Part shown: positions 38,900 to 40,130 of the stretch, one piece after another | How positions within the stretch are numbered: the first letter of the stretch is position 1 | How the letters are laid out: each line of letters opens with the position of its first letter | Assembly: GCF_000315625.1 (NCBI RefSeq) | Contig: NW_005434643.1 | Coordinates: 423,965 to 464,094, forward strand | Direction of reading: 5' to 3' | Origin: Guillardia theta CCMP2712 | Lineage: Eukaryota > Protista > Cryptophyta | Length of the DNA: 40,130 bases | Translations under genes and position numbers: made by a program | The notes under the pieces: model-generated | The model's input: only the letters and a program-made list of their open reading frames with translations | Database searches by the model: none | Told to the model about the DNA's origin: nothing

Positions 38900-39825
38900 A
38901 ATCTGACGCGACCTTCTCGGCAAGTAGTGCCACGGTCACCAGTGCCGGCGGCCCGGGCACCGTCCGAGCCGCTGCCTCCGACCCGGAGGAACCGTTTGCA
39001 GTGCCGGCAAGCTTGAAGCCTGGGCTCGGCGTACTACGGCAGTGACGGTACGGTGCGCGGCGGCTGCCCGGCCGGGTCCCGCGGTCCGCCGTGACGACTC
39101 CCCGCGGGGCGATCCGATATACAAGGGCTGACCCCCGGACTCCGGCGTGATTCCATCATGAGTCAAGACCGTATCGGCATTGCCGGCGGGGGGCGGCACT
39201 TAGTGACTGCGGGCCCGGCCGGCCCGGGCGGCCCAGGCTGGCCCGCTCTCACTGGCGGCTGTGCTTTCGGAAGACTCTGATGATCGGACGATCACCGTCG
39301 AGCCTGGAATGATGACGATCATACGGTAGCTTGTGAGAACTTCGGAAGCCGCATCTCGGACTGTATACTATGATAGTACTATCAGTGATAGCCTACTGAG
39401 CCGGCCGGGGCCGGGCCGCCGGCCAGCCCACCGACGGTCCGATCGCCGCCCAGTGCGTCGAAGTCATGACCCGGACCGTGGCATGACTTCGACGCACTGG
39501 CACTGTTCAGTTATATCGGCCGCGCGTTTCGGGCCGGGTCGGTGACCGCCGAGTCCGATCCGACCGGCCGGGCGTGCCCGGCCACGGTGACCGGCCCCTT
39601 GCCCTGGGTGAGTAGTCTCTCCGCTCGGAGTTTCTAACGCTGGGTGCCACTGTGATGATGCGGCCTAACGGTGACTATGCTACCGTAACTGCCAGTGTCG
39701 GAAAGCCTCAGTTAGCGCCTCCGCCCCGGGGAGTCCGAGGCTCTATTTCCGAAGCCTTTTCCGAGTCATCGTCAGTGACAAGGGTTGTCATAGTTGGCAA
39801 ACAAAAAGCCTCTGGTAGCACTGCC
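38900..39825. promoter_or_regulatory. GC-rich intergenic / divergent promoter region
   Basis: Upstream of PP2C (-) and of a likely ATG at 39826 (+). Same word composition as 15171-16137, 19660-20520 and 33975-34620. Confidence 0.5.
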
Positions 39826-39864
39826 ATGGCAGGAGAACTCAGCGATCAAATTCGATCGAACCAG
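39826..39864 (+). CDS. Possible first exon of a gene running off the window (MAGELSDQIRSNQ)
   Basis: GCCATGG context after promoter-like DNA, followed by CAG|GCAAG (possible GC donor) and intron-like microsatellites. Confidence 0.3.
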
Positions 39865-39929
39865 GCAAGAATAAAGACGATCAGATCAAAGAGGATGATG
39901 CCGATGCCGATAACATTGATGATGGAGAT

Positions 39930-40009
39930 CATGATGATCGGATGACGATGATGGAGATGAAGAAGATGATGAAGATGATGATGATGGCGATGATGATGAT
40001 GATGATGGC

Positions 40010-40069
<60 letters not shown>

Positions 40070-40130
40070 GGTGGTGGTGGTGGTGGTGGTGGTGGTGGTG
40101 GTGGTGGTGAGTGAGTGAGTGAGTGATGAG
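39930..40130. repeat. Compound (GAT)n(GGT)n(GAGT)n microsatellite
   Basis: Direct inspection. Confidence 0.9.

Overview
Eukaryotic nuclear DNA with intron-rich genes (many GT-AG introns of about 45-60 nt, plus longer microsatellite-filled ones). It is most consistent with a flagellated alga with a secondary red plastid, for example a cryptophyte such as Guillardia. That is an inference from an ASAF-type bipartite plastid leader, TTTAGGG repeats, an RWP-RK gene and an axonemal gene. The first 2.1 kb is subtelomere-like: AATAAA plus an (ATA)n tail joined to TTTAGGG repeats, a perfect 19-bp array, and a 106/137-bp hairpin-bearing satellite interrupted by a 376-bp solo-LTR-like insertion with a target-site duplication (TSD). 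Genes spliced by eye: RWP-RK transcription factor, C2-domain protein, DNAI7/CASC1 (IC97) homolog, papain-like C1A protease fused to an EF-hand pair, casein kinase 1, a divergent two-pore channel with acidic filters, an intronless orphan ORF, a predicted plastid-targeted acyl-protein-thioesterase-like + PDZ + thioredoxin-like [2Fe-2S] fusion, and a PP2C with at least one frame break. Most notable observations: (i) the two unusual domain fusions; (ii) copies of two unrelated repeats have gained short insertions that create the same few words (GAGTC/GACTC, CAGTG, ACGGT, CCGG) that fill the GC-rich intergenic DNA; (iii) a three-copy upstream element. All exon models were built manually, so gene termini are approximate.
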